In this document: one piece after another, positions 48,477 through 61,155 of the stretch | Numbering within the stretch: the stretch's first letter is position 1 | Layout: each line of letters begins with the position of its first letter | Source of the DNA: Centroscyllium fabricii | Lineage: Eukaryota | DNA: 64,000 nt | NCBI GenBank assembly: GCA_051313645.2 | Contig: JBNRSN020000010.1 | Location: 94,736,001-94,800,000, forward strand | Direction: 5' to 3' | Notes under the pieces: model-generated | Seen by the model: the letters and a program-made list of their open reading frames with translations, nothing else | Database searches by the model: none | Told to the model about the DNA's origin: nothing | Translations under genes and position numbers: made by a program

Positions 48477-48510
48477 TGATGTGGAGGTGCCGGTGTTGGA
48501 CTGGGGTGGA
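48477..48510 (-). mobile_element. Solo Penelope-like tail micro-insertion
   Basis: 34-bp TGATGTGGAGGTGCCGGTGTTGGACTGGGGTGGA lies between direct repeats CAATGTATCAA (48466-48476 and 48511-48521). Confidence 0.8.
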
Positions 48511-48714
48511 CAATGTATCAAGGAGGTGATTAATGGATTGTGTACCAAAGCAGCAGTACTTTCCCCATGAACAACTGGAAACAACGAGAGGGCTTTATAT
48601 TTTTTCCAAATGGTAGGATCCTCAGTCTCACTGACATTAAATCTGTGAGACCTTCACTAACTTTAATACATGCAACCACCCTGCATTCCAGTGCTGGCAT
48701 TGTCAGTGACCGTC

Positions 48715-48934
48715 AAGGTCATGAGTATCATCAAACTGTGAGCAGACTTATCTGCTCCCACATGCTATGGGTGTGGGAAACAATATTGACAATATCAACC
48801 ACGTTCTGCCAGACTTGCTGCACATTGTAACACACAGGGTTCCGCTCAGCCCCAAATAAGGCTACCATTCTTTACAGCACCTCTGCCAGCAGAACATCCA
48901 AATGGTCATCACTAAAAGGGGCAGTTCTGCCCAT
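48715..48934 (-). pseudogene. Relic Myb/SANT-like ORF of a Harbinger transposon
   Basis: MGRTAPFSDDHLDVLLAEVL*RMVALFG...QVWQNVVDIVN...HSMWEQI resembles the Harbinger Myb-like DNA-binding protein; contains an in-frame stop. Confidence 0.45.
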
Positions 48935-49711
48935 ATTCACTTGCTGACCTAACTCTTCAATGCAGCCAAAGAAAACAGCTACGTTCAAATGAAGTAGCAG
49001 CCTATCGATTGCTTCTGCTCTCATGATTCTCTGCTCCCTTCCATTCATAATGCTTCCTGTGGTCATGGAAAACGCAGAGGGAATGCATTCAAACTATTCT
49101 AATAAACTGAATTTGCTGAATCCAGCAAATTTAGTTCCTCTTTCAAGTTGCCAATGGATCATAGGAGTGTAACAAACCCGTCATAATTTTTGCCAGGGCT
49201 GCTGAATCATCCTTTAAATGCCAATCTGTAAATGTTCTTCTTTTGATGTAGCTGTGGGAACACATTTTTTACCTAATCCTGTTGAATCTACCTTCTAGCA
49301 AACATACTTACATTACTGTATAGGCATGGCTGATCACAGGCTGACATGTCTTGGCAAGTCCATCCCTATCCAGAATGACTGGCATTATATCAAAATCTGG
49401 CAGTAGGCAGGGGAAAAAAAGAGCAGATGGAGCTACAGAACTAAAAGGTTTCTGTGGATGTGAGTGGATAACATTGTCCTTTTGGAATAATACCTGCACT
49501 CATTCCCTCTCCATGGGCACACCAATCTAACACCACATTTTAAATCAGTTGGACTGCATCATGATAGAACATTGTGTCTGAACTGAAGCATGAGATTTGG
49601 CCATTCATCCGTCAGAAGATTGAAATAAAATAGCTCAATTTTACACTTCCTGTGCCCAAATATGTTACACCAGCATTAAAATGGACATAGGAACTGGTGA
49701 TATAAAATATT

Positions 49712-50388
49712 GGCGCAAACTTTCCTGTGACAATTCGGGTCAATGGATGGCACCCGCTGTTAGTTGAACTTGCTTTGGCCAGTTTAATGTCGACGATATT
49801 TTGCACTGTAAGTTGCTGGAAGTGCAAGACGGAAATGGCACGGCACCCTCTACAAGGTATCTGGGATCAAAGTGAACTGTGCAAGCAACTATGTATCTCC
49901 TTAACCAATCAGATTGAAGCATTGTGAAATGACCGCAAGGTCGGAGAAGGAAGTGTAAGTTAGAATGGTGAATTCAATGTCAAATCAGGTGCTGTACATA
50001 GAAAAATACATAAGAAAATCTCCAACAATAATTAAAACCTGAAGGAATGAAACTGCACACTCACATTAGTTAATGTTCAGTGCCAGAGAGGTTGGCTGGC
50101 AGCAATGAACACTTATCACATCGTTAAAAAGTTGTTTAGACTTGAAATGACTTGACTTAACTTTGTGGCAATTTTACTTCATATCTACCGTGCAAGTACA
50201 GGAAATTCATGCTGTTCGATGCATTTGAATGGGGAACTGGATAGCGACATGCCGTCTCCGACAGCAACTTTTCGATTTCCGCATCTAATCGCGCATCTGC
50301 CCCTTGCCTGAAGATGCTGTGGCATTTGCGCATAAATAGCAGCGAGTGCTATTAGCCTCACCGTTATTTTGACAGCAAATTTTGGGCC
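49712..50388. mobile_element. Harbinger-like non-autonomous element, same family as 59073-59940
   Basis: GGCGCAAACTTTCCTGT ... ACAGCAAATTTTGGGCC termini; shared interior CCTTAACCAATCAGA...GAGAAGGAAGTGTAA...AATTCAATG.CAAATCAGGT. Confidence 0.7.
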
Positions 50389-50876
50389 AACACTTTCTAA
50401 AATAAGGAAACTTAAGTTACTGTTCAACAGCTAAATCTAGGCCAAGATTAGTAAGTTAACTTAATTTTCAGCCATCTTCTCCTGAAGACAGTGATCCATT
50501 CTGGGTACAGTTCAATTGGGAATGGTGGCCCTCAAGTAACTTGCCCAAAGTAAGCATTCTTCAAGTAGTGCCTGGACAGTGAAGCCTAGATTTTTCAATT
50601 GTGACTGCCCGTTTTACGAATCAGAACAAAGGTTGGCGTTCAGTTCTGCTACAACTTTGTTCATTTTAGCACCCATCCAATCCTTGGACAGCCCACTTTT
50701 GGGTGGGCACACAAAGAAGATGGTAAATACATCATTGCCTCATTTTCAATCATTTCTTCCTTGTTCATGCTAGTTCATGGTTTGCCCATATGATGCAGGC
50801 GTTCACAGTAGCTAAGCACAGTAGAAAAGGCAGAAGTGAATTTAAAAAGCCAGCAATTATAGTTGCAAGATTAATA

Positions 50877-51600
50877 GGACACGAAATTCGCGCTCTGGCG
50901 CCGGCCCGGTAGCGCCAGTGCTAATAGGGCGGTTGCGAATTAGCGCTAAAAATAGCGCCCAGCGCTAAATTCAGCTGGGCGCCAAGTTGGGGGCTAACTG
51001 GTAGCGCCCCAACAAATTTAGTGCCCAGCTGGACGTCGGGAATGACATCAGGCCACGCAGTGCTGGGAGGCGCCTGCGGCCGAAATTGGGCAGCGCCTGC
51101 CGTCTTGCCCCTGGGCGCTGCCCACGCCAGCTTTCCCCGGCCGAAAAAGCAGCGCTCGAGCGCTGCTTAAGGGGAAATGTGGCAGTCGGCCATTTTTATT
51201 GCTGGCTGACTGCCAGCACCTTCCCCCTCGGCCTCCCCCGCTGGGGTCAGGCCTCCCTCAGCTGAGCCCGGCACTTTCCTCCAGTGCCGGGCTCGTGCTC
51301 CGGCTCTCAATCGCTCGGCGGCCCCGCGGGGCTCTGGCCACAGCTGCACTAGGCCCCTCCCCTTTAATGGGGGAGGAAGGCCTGCCGTTCAGCGGGCCGC
51401 CGCTGCGGCCTCACTCGCGCAGCGCGGCGCCCGAGCCCCAGTATTCGGCCGCCTCGCACTGGCCCGCCCGATTCTGCGCCCGCCCACCCGTAATGGGCGA
51501 TGCGGCCAATATCGGCATTTTTAGCACCAATCGCTGGCGCTAAAAATAGCGCATTGCCCAGGTCAGCGCCACAAAACGTGGGCTGACCAATTTCTCCCCC
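50877..51600. mobile_element. GC/CpG-rich Harbinger-like MITE with ATA TSD
   Basis: ATA|GGACACGAAATTCG ... CCAATTTCTCCCCC|ATA; repeated AGCGCC/GGCGCT motifs. Confidence 0.7.
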
Positions 51601-52009
51601 ATAGAGATTTTTTTTGGACTGGTTAGTGGTGCTTTTTATTAGGTTTATTTTCTGTTGCTAATAACTTTTCCATTTACCTTTGTGTCATTTGTTTGGGGTG
51701 GGGTGGGGGGGGGAGGGGAGCTCTACCCTGCATATATTCCGCATCGTACAAGTAAATGCTTAATTCTCTGGGTGTTGACACAAATATTAGGCAATCCACT
51801 AAGTTAGCATGCTTTCTGCCAGAAAGGCAAAGTTCGGGGAGATTAAGGGCATCTTCTGCACTCACGACAATTTCTCAGTTATGAACTGAGCTCAAGTATA
51901 ATGAGGTTTATTCATGCGCTAGAACAATAATTGAGCACATCACTAGGAAGTTGAGTGCATGCTTCTGGTGCCTGAATTGACCTGGGGATGTCCTGAAATA
52001 TAGTTCTGC

Positions 52010-55000
52010 TGTAGGAGAGCGAGGTTTCCTAGCAAAATGAGGGAGCCCACACGGAGGAACGATTCACAACAGGTTTTTTACTTCCAAACTCTAAATCAAC
52101 ACAACTCAAAAGCCTGCGAATCACGTGATGCCATCACCGCGTTGAGTCACGTGGGTCCGTTTTCCCGCGCTCTTAAAGGGAAGGTACATTACACAGGTTA
52201 AAGGAAATTATACATGAATGTTTTATATACAAGTATCTACAATGGGATGTGGTCCTGCCACATGCGCCCCCCCAGAATTCCCTTTAACAGAGAGAGTCAA
52301 TCGTATGGGCGGGTTGACGAGACGACCAGAACTGCTGTAGTATCCAGGCATCGGAGGCTGCGGTGTGCTCTGCAGACTGGCAGGCTGTAGGGCAGGCAAG
52401 CTGGTCGGCTGACAGGCTGGCGGACTGATGGGCTGGCAGGCGGGCAGGCTAGCAGGAGGACAGACTGGCGGGCAGCTGGTGTGCCTCAGGGAGGACGCCG
52501 ACACGAGGTCTCCCACGCTTCGGTGGCATTGCTGGCTGTACTGGGGAGTCAGGGTCCAGGTGCGCCAGTTTGAGGCGGTCCACAGAGACGTGGTCGGGCT
52601 TGCCACCCATATCCAGGGTTAAGGACTTCTCACCTGCTTCCAACACATGTAAAGGTCCAGTGTACGGGGCCTGGAGAGGGTCTCTGTGCGCGTCTTGGCG
52701 CACAAACACATAATCTGCGTGCTGCAGATCCTTAGGCACGTGGGAATGCTGGAACCCGTGCTGTGACATGGGGACTGGGCGGAAACATCTGGCCGCTTCC
52801 TGATGCAGAGCCAGTTGTGCGGAGGCAGACCAAGGATCTGTGGTGGTAGGTAGAAAATCGCCAGGCACCCCGAGAAGCTGTCCATAGACCAACTCGGCAG
52901 AGGAGGAGTTGAGGTCTTCTTTAGGGGCCATGCGAAGTCCCAGCAGAACCCACAGCAGCTTGTCTACCCAGCCAGTGCCCTGCTGACTTGCCCTCAGTGA
53001 GGCCTCATTGACCTGTGAAAACGTTAACAGAGGCCGCTTGCTTGTGGATGATAGGCGGTGGTCCTGTGGAGCTTCGTTCCAAGCCCTTGAGCGACAGCGT
53101 TCCAGAGTTGTGACGTGAATTGTGGACCCCTGTACGAAGAGATGTCGGCTGGTACGCCAAACCTGGCCACCCATGACGCCAGGAACGCCCTGGCCACATC
53201 TGCCGCGGTGGTGGAGGCAAGTGGGACTGCTTCTGGCCATCTCGTGGTGTGGTCTACCATTGTCAAGATGTGTGAGTAACCTTGAGACGGTGGAAGTAGG
53301 TCCACGTGGATGTGGTCGAATCTGCGCTCTGGCACCATGAAAGTTGCGAGCGGTGCCTTGACGTGCCGGTGAGTCTTCGCTTTCTGGCATACCACGCACG
53401 TGTTCGCCCAGTCCCAGACATCTTTGTGTAGGCCGTGGCACACGAACTTTGCGCCATCATTCTTTGAGAGACTTTCATGACCGGGTGCGAAAGCCCGTGT
53501 ACGATGTCGAAAACTCATCGACACCAGGAGGCAGGAACAACTGGCCGCGGGTCTTGGACGGAGACGTCGCAGAGTAAAGTGGTACCAACCGCCTGGAAAT
53601 GGACATCGGCCAGTTTGAGGCCCGTGACCCCTGTCCGGTAGGACTGGACCTCCGTGTCGGAAAGTTGGTCTGCCGCCATGCGGGCATAGTCAATGCCGAG
53701 GTGCACGGCATGTAGGGTTGGGCGGGAGAGGAAATCTGTCACCATGTTCTCCTTGCCGGCCACGTGGCGAATGTCAGTGATGAACTCGGATATGAAAGTG
53801 AGCTGTCGTTGCTGTCATGCGGACCACGGTTCAGCAGTCTTAGACATTGCAAATGTCAGAGGTTTATGATCTACGAAAGCCGTGAAAGGGCGGCCCTCCA
53901 ACAAGAAGCGAAAATGCCTGATCGACAGGAACAAAGTGAGTAACTCCCTGTCGTAAGTGCTATACGCCCCCTCATTTTTGCGGAGCTGACGACTGAAGAA
54001 CGCCAGGGGTTGCCATGCGCCGGCGACCCACTGCTGTTGAACCGCCCCAAATGGTGTAGTCAGAGGCGTCCGTCATGTGTGCAATTGCAGCACCTGGTCT
54101 AGGCTGAACCAACATGGTGACGTTGACCAATGCAGGTTTCATATTCTCGAAAGCCAGGGACATTTTGGTTATCCAGGAATGCGGGTGTTTGCCGGTCCTG
54201 CCTCTGGTGGCCTCAGAGTGGTCGCATGAGGAGTGCAGCTTTCGGCACAAAACGATGGTAGAAATTGACCATCCCTAGGAACTCCTGCAGGGATTTGACC
54301 GTCTGGGGCTGTTGGAAAACCGACACCACTTGCACCTTGGCCAGAAGAGGAACTGCTCCTTCAGCCGAGATATGATGGCCGAGGAAATCAATCTGAGCCA
54401 GGCCGAACTTGCACTTGGCGGGGTTGACTATGAGACCGTGCTGGCTCAGCCACTGAAAGAGAGCACGCAGGTGCATGAGGTGCTCCAACTTGACATCCTG
54501 GTGGCCAGTACAGACATCGAGGTACATGAAAAGGAAAGGGAGGTCCCGAAGCACCGAGTCCATGCAGCGCTGGAAGGCTTGTGCGGCATTCTTCAGCCCA
54601 AAAGGCATCCTTAAAAATTCAAAGAGGCCAAAAGGGGTGATGACCGCGGTCTTCTGCACGTCTTTCGGGTGAATGGGGACTTGATGGTATCCCCGGACCA
54701 GGTCCACCTTAGAGAAGATGCTCTTGCCCACCAAGTGCGTGGAGAAATCCTGAATGTGCGGTATGGGGTAGCGGTCCGGCGTGGTGGCGTCATTCAGTCT
54801 TCGGTAGTCGCCGCAGGTCCGCTATCCTCCGCTAGGTTTCGGGACGATGTGTAGGGGGGAGGACCAGGGACTACTCGACCTGCGAATAAGCCCCAGGCGC
54901 TCCATCATCGCAAACTCTGCCTTCGCCACCGCCATCTTGGGGGGCCGTTGGTGGCTATATGGTGCTCTGCACCGTGCTTGGTCGATGCGCTGAGAAGGTC

Positions 55001-56430
55001 AGCTGCCTGAGGCTGGGGAATTCGCTCAGCAGGCGAGAGTAGTCATCCGTTGCTGGAGAGGCGCATGAGATGGTGAGTGCCGTTGTGTTGCTGCGCTGCC
55101 ACGGCATAGAATGGAATGTGGCTGCGTTCATGAGGTGCCGGTCATGGACATCGACTAGGAGGCCGTGGGCGCACAAGAAATCTGCGCCGAGCAGAGGCTG
55201 GGAGACTGAAGCCGTGACGAAGTCCCAGTTGAATCGCCGCCCGTCTAAGCAGACTTCTGCCCGCCGCTTGCCGAACGTGTGGATGGTGGCGCCATTAGCT
55301 GCCTCGAGGGGAAGCCCGTGCTGACCAGCCTGGACGTTGAGGGTGAATGTGGGCAGTATGCTGCACTGCGCGCAGAGAACCGCCAACCCGAGAGGGAGTC
55401 CGTGATGTAGAGGAGCTTCCCCGCTGAACCGACAGCCATTGTCGCAGTGGGAGGACGGCTAGAAGTGCACTGCCGCGGCCGCGAGCTCAGTGGACCGGGA
55501 TTTTCTTTTGAGGCGAACGTGCAGGGCGGGCGACAGCATTGAGCCTTCGTGCCAAGCCTGGCGTGGTAGTAGCAGAGGCATAAGGTCTGGCGAGCTGGGG
55601 TGTTTTCTGCGGGGGTTGGGTGCCTCGTGGCGGCGCAGCTGAGCTTGGTTACAGCAAAACTTTTATCGGCCGCAGACGCGAGTTTACGCAGTCGGTGATG
55701 TATGAACCTGCGAGGGCAGCCTGAACCTGCTCGGGCAGCTGGCTGAGGAACAATGCTCTGAAGAGGAAGCATTGGGGCTCCGATCCCAGTAGTGTGAGCA
55801 TTCGGCTCATCAGTTGGGTGGGGGTAGAATCCCAGAGGCCAGGCAATGTGAGCAGCCAGCGGGCGCGCTCTTCTTTAGAGAGACCGAAGACTTGTAGCAG
55901 TCTGGCTTTTACAGCCACATACTTGCCCGTCTCCGGCGGATTCTTGAGGCGATCGACGACTCTGGAAGCAGTGGAGCTGTCGAGGGCCGAGACAACGTAT
56001 AAGAACTTGGGTGTTGTCCTCCTCGACGTCCCGTAAGGTGAACTGCGCCTTGACGTGTACAAACCACGTGGGCGCCTGCTGCTCCCAAAATGAAGGCAGT
56101 TTCAGGGCCACAGCATTCGCTGCCATGATGGTGCAGAAGCTGGTGAAAAACCTTCACCAACTCGGGGTCACCAATGCAGGAGAGCGAGGTTTCCTAGCAA
56201 AATGAGGGAGCCCACACAGAGGAACGATTCACAACAGGTCTTTTACTTCCAAACTCCAAATCAACACTGAACTCAAAAGCCTGCAAATCACATGATGCGT
56301 CACCACGTTGAGTCATGTGGGTCCGTTTTCCCGCGCTCGTAAAGGGAAGGTACATTACACAGGTTAAAGGGAATTATACATGAATGTTTTATGTACACAA
56401 GTATCTACAATGGGATGTGGTCCTGCCACA
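52010..56430 (-). mobile_element. Full-length, decayed Gypsy LTR retrotransposon
   Basis: LTRs at 52010-52262 and 56175-56430; TSD CTGC (52006-52009 and 56431-56434); PBS TGGTGACCCCGAG (56161-56173, tRNA-Trp type); PPT TCTGGGGGGGCGCA next to 52262; internal order gag, PR, RT, RNase H, IN. Confidence 0.97.
52290..56126 (-). pseudogene. Frameshifted gag-pol of the Gypsy element
   Basis: gag MAANAVALKLPSFWEQ; PR region LLGADFL; [19 protein letters not shown] with broken YLDD; IN HVDLLPPS, TTAYHPQASG. Split over many ORFs. Confidence 0.93.
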
Positions 56431-59072
56431 CTGCAAGATTTCAAGGACTGTGGTTGTGTATTGGATTTCACACAATTTAGTCTTACTAAAACGATAGCAA
56501 AATACTGCGGCTGCTGGGAATCCGAAATAACAAACAGAAAACTCTGGAAAAACTCAGCAGGCCAGGCAGCATTGGTGGAGAGAGAAAGAGTTAACGTTTC
56601 AGGTTGATGACCTTTCTTCAGAGTTTTCTGTTCGTTATTTAGTCTAACAAAAGGTGCACTTACACTACAATTGTAATGTTGGTGTGAAGTGAACTGGAAT
56701 ATAGGCCTGACCTCAAACCTGAGCGAGGCAGAGCGAGACTGGAGGAGAGTTCGAACCTCAACACACAATTTACAATGTACACGCTAAGCATCAGTGTGAA
56801 GCTGAAACCGATTCACACCAAACTAAACTTGCAGTGTAAATGCAGTTGTAAGAACCTCATCGTGGAGGCCCTAGTGGAGCAAGGCTCCTATGAGTAGCAG
56901 GAGCTTGCAGAAGACATGGAGGCCAATCCTTACTGGCTACAGGATATCGGAGGAGATTTTGAGGTCTCCCAGCTGGTGGAAATGGGGTGGTAGCACCGCG
57001 AAAATCGCGGGGAAGAACATACTACACCATTCCCACTTTCGCTGTGGCCATCATCATTTTGCCAGAATAGGCAGATCAGCCATTTTGATATTTAAATCTA
57101 AGTCCTATGACGTCCGTAGAACCCTCACTCAACTGTGTGAAGCGTGCAGGCTCTGCCCAGTATCAGCTGATGGTCCAGCCAAAGAGGAGCCCAAAGTTAA
57201 CCACATATTTATATTTGTGGGTTCAGGAGGACCGGACTGCAAAAAAATAACTTGGGCCGCTACCGCACTGGGACCGCCTCCTGAAAATGTTCCCCGTCTC
57301 AACCTATATTTTTATAGGACCAGAGGCCGGCTGATCCGCTCAATATTGTGGCAGGTGCATGTTTTCTGTTCATAGCCCTATGATATTAAGACACAGCCCT
57401 CTAAAATGGACCTGGCCTCCTGTTGGCATTATTGGCCACCCGAAAACCAAATGGAGGGAAAATCTACCACGTTCGTACTACTCTCTTACAGGATACCTTC
57501 TCTCATCTATCGTATCTGGATAACACATTAACAGTCCGCTGTACATCTTCCTCCTTCCTTCCACAAAGATGCCGTCATCTACTGACTCTGTTCTGTGTTC
57601 AACACCTCACATTTATGCCATCTTATGAAAGCCACTTACACAGTTTTCCAAAATCAATTCCAGCTTTTTTGATGCTGTTGGCTAGTTTTCAAGGTTGGCA
57701 TACATATGTCTGGAAAATAATCCAGTCTGTATACAGTAATGTCAAATTTGTTACTAAGCTTGGTAAATTATGCTATAAAGCTTGCTTACATTATACAAAC
57801 CCTTAGTGGTGTTGGGAATGACATAAAAAGCCACACATCATTGTTTCTTTATTATTAGAATCAGGCACATACTTGCACACCATTATAAATTAGCACAAGG
57901 AACCCATCCCGCCTCCATGCCAATGTCCCAGGAGGCGGTATCCGACCTGTGCTGGGAGCTGCCTCTCCGAGGCAGGAAGGGGATTAGTGCCAATTAACTG
58001 CCTGTTCACATGTAGTTAACAGGCAGTTTTTTGCCCAATTCCTATTTTTAGCCCTGAAGTGTGGGCTTCCCGATGGCTCTGAACCATGCCAAATTAGCGA
58101 GGCGGGCCATCGATCTGAAGGTATTGGAGGGGTCGAGATGTCCGTTGTGCAGGTGAGTGATGGGTGCAGGTGTGCAGAGGTAAGTGCATGAGGTAAGTGT
58201 CAAGTGTTTTAATAAATTTTACTTACCTTTACTTTCTCCTGCAGGCTCCCTTCCTTCAGTTCTCAGGAGTCCCTCAGTTCACCGGCACAGAAAGCAGAAT
58301 GGCCGCTGAACTGTCAAAAGCTGCAGCCTCTGCTTTCTGGTCTGGAGATCTCTCTAACTGAGTCTGAGTAGAAGGACTCAAGTTAGAAGACAGATTGTCA
58401 GTGTTTGACAGCTTCACAGAGCTGTCAAATGCTGATTTTTCATCTGTCAAAAGCTCTTGACAGATGAAATGTCAATCACTGACATCACCAGTAACCAGGA
58501 GTCCCTTAGTTGGCCTGCTGAGCCCGCTGGGCGGGCTTAATAAGGTCAATCAAGGGAAAACAGCATGGGTTGGCCACAAGTTGATGGAGGCGGGACTACA
58601 ACCCAAAAGGTGGGAGTTCCGTCTCCATTGACAAAATCCAGCCCATAGGCTTCAATGCAAAAATGAAAGACTGGGTTTGGATTGCAGTAAATGCATTTAA
58701 GAAAATGCAACTTATACAACATATGCAACTGTCTGACAAAATGCAGAGTGTAGAATTTAGTTTCAAGGTAAAAACTCATGATTACAAATAGCAAATTTGC
58801 ACAAAACAGCATAACAGGACTAGCCAAGGAAGTAAATTGAAATAAACTCGTAAATCTTCTATATTTTTTTCAACAGTTCCTTAGCCACTGACATTTCTGA
58901 AACTATTGTATCATTGACGAGTTGCAAGATCACCATTCAAGAAAAACCTGCAATTGACCCATCACAGCATTCACCAGTTTCTTAAATGATTCCAAGGTTT
59001 ATCCCTCTACTAATCTACTCAGGAAACCATTCCACCTTTTGCTAGTTTGAATCTGTCTATTGTTACATTAGT

Positions 59073-59940
59073 GGGCCAAATTTTACTGTACCAGGGCATC
59101 TAACGGCATCTGTAGACTTGCCCTTGCATGATTTGATATTTAAATTTTTTACGTGGCCAAGTTGCTGAAAGTGCGAGCTGGTAATGTTGCAGCGAGGGAA
59201 ATGGCTCCTGGGACGCGAATGAACAGGCCAAGCAACTGTGTATATATCCTTAACCAATCAGACTGAACGATTGTGAAATTAACTGCACAAGGATTGAGAA
59301 GGAAGTGTAAATTAGAGTGGGTAAATTCAATGCCAAATCAGGTACAGAAAGAGAAATAAAATGAGGGAAATAAAGATTTGATTAAGAGAGAAAGGAAAAA
59401 AAGACAAAGAAAAGTCAAATTAAAATTTTAAATAACATTTTTAAATCTCCAACAATAATTAATATCTGAAGGATTGAGACTCCACACTTGTAATAGTTCA
59501 TTTTCAGAACCAGAGAGGTTGTTTGTCAGTAATTAACATGGTTAAATGGGTACTTAGACTAGAATGAACAAGACTATACGTTGTGGTGAGTTTAATTTGT
59601 ACCGACTGCGCAAGTACAGCAATCTTTACGCCATTCAATGCATTTTCAATGGTGAGCTAGACAGTGAGATGACGTTTTTGTGAAGCTAACAGCGGAACGG
59701 CGCAACTCGGACAGCAACTTTTGGATATTTGGGCTGGATATTCCGATCCCTACGGGTGGGTATGCGCTGTTCACTCACCTGTAGGGACATCGGAAATGCC
59801 GGTTTGAGGCACGCACAGCGCATGCGCTGAAAACTGCCATTTCCAATCTGTCAAGAATCCTCATGTTGCTGTGCCATTTGTACATAAATAACGGAGAGAG
59901 GCATTAACCTCATCGTTACTTTGACAGGAATATCTGGGCC
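59073..59940. mobile_element. Harbinger-like element carrying a nested fragment (about 59730-59856) of the 44557 MITE family
   Basis: GGGCCAAATTTTACTGT ... ACAGGAATATCTGGGCC termini (13/17); internal GGGCTGGATATTCCGATCCCTACGGGTG matches 44557 onward. Confidence 0.72.
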
Positions 59941-61155
59941 AATATATTTTGCGCGTGAAACTTTAATAGCAAAAAACTGTCACTTACTGCAGAACGATTT
60001 ATATTAAAGGTTATTTTTAAAACATCAAGAAAAATGTTATCAATAACACAAGTAAGCAAATGGGTTATTTTCTCCCTCCCGTTTTCTCTTTTCCTCTCCA
60101 GAAGCAATGCATCATGCTGGGTAGAGCTCTGTAGGCGCAGGCAGGTTTCTGATGTACATGAGGCGAGACAATGAGTCTCAGTAACTAATGCAAACATGGG
60201 GAGAAGAATCACAGGCAAGCCACATTGTGTCTTCAGTTGGTGTCCACACAAAATACACACTTTCCAGCACAGGTCATAGCACAGGGATCAAGAGCAGAAA
60301 TCCTGGCTAAGTTTTCTCATACCTATCCCAGAAGGCCAACTGTAGTGCTCTTACTGTGCCATGGGGGTGGAGCTCAATTAACAGTGCAGACCAGGAGCCA
60401 GGGCTTGGCTGTGATTCCTCTCCCCATATTTGAATTGGCTGCTGAGAATCATTGTCTAGGCACTTATATGCTGGTGTTTCAGAAATCTGCTAGCACCTGC
60501 AGAACTCTGCTCAGCATGACCCACGGCCTGTGGAGAGGAAAAGAGAAAAGGGAGGGGAAAAAGAAACATAAGGCCTTCCTGTTCTGAATAACTCAGTACT
60601 GCCCCGTGTAAACATTTAATCATTGGACCATTTGAGCAACAATAGTTTCATTTCGAAAGGAAAATATCAATCTGTACTCACAACCAGTTGCACAAATAGA
60701 AAATTTATTCAAGTGCTATTTACCACATCTACCAAAATGAGTCGTTGTGCAATTTAGGGTATGCTTATGCTGTAACTGTAATGTCACTAAGTATAAAAGT
60801 CACAGTATCATTAAAAAAAACATGGGAGAAAATGAATGAGTTGGTTCTAATCGGACTCCAGAAGGAAGCAGTTTGAGACTCTTACAGAGGCAATTTCACA
60901 CTGACTGGGTTTGACATGCCAGAGTATAAATAACTCTGGTGTAAGTCAAAGTGTGTTTAAAAAGCGCTCGGCGTCCTTTGGACTTCCAGAGCACTTTTTA
61001 AAACATACTTAAACGTATTGAGAGTATGGCTGTTTCCATCAGCATTTTTAAAACGTTTGAACTTTAATGATTAGGGAAGGAGCTCGGCGACACATAAGTA
61101 CATGTGAACAGCTCTCTCTCCTGGACGAGAGAATTCAAATTGGAGCCAAGCAGTA

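Noticed and set aside
50877-51600. Apparent CpG-island promoter and ORFs 51167..51543
   Set aside because: Bounded by inverted termini and an ATA duplication, so better explained as a MITE.
60880-61070. Local hairpins (CCAGAGT...ACTCTGG; AAGTGTGTTTAAAAAGCGCTC...GAGCACTTTTTAAAACATACTT)
   Set aside because: Probably a decayed palindromic DNA transposon; no termini, TSD or RNA-family signature to support a call.
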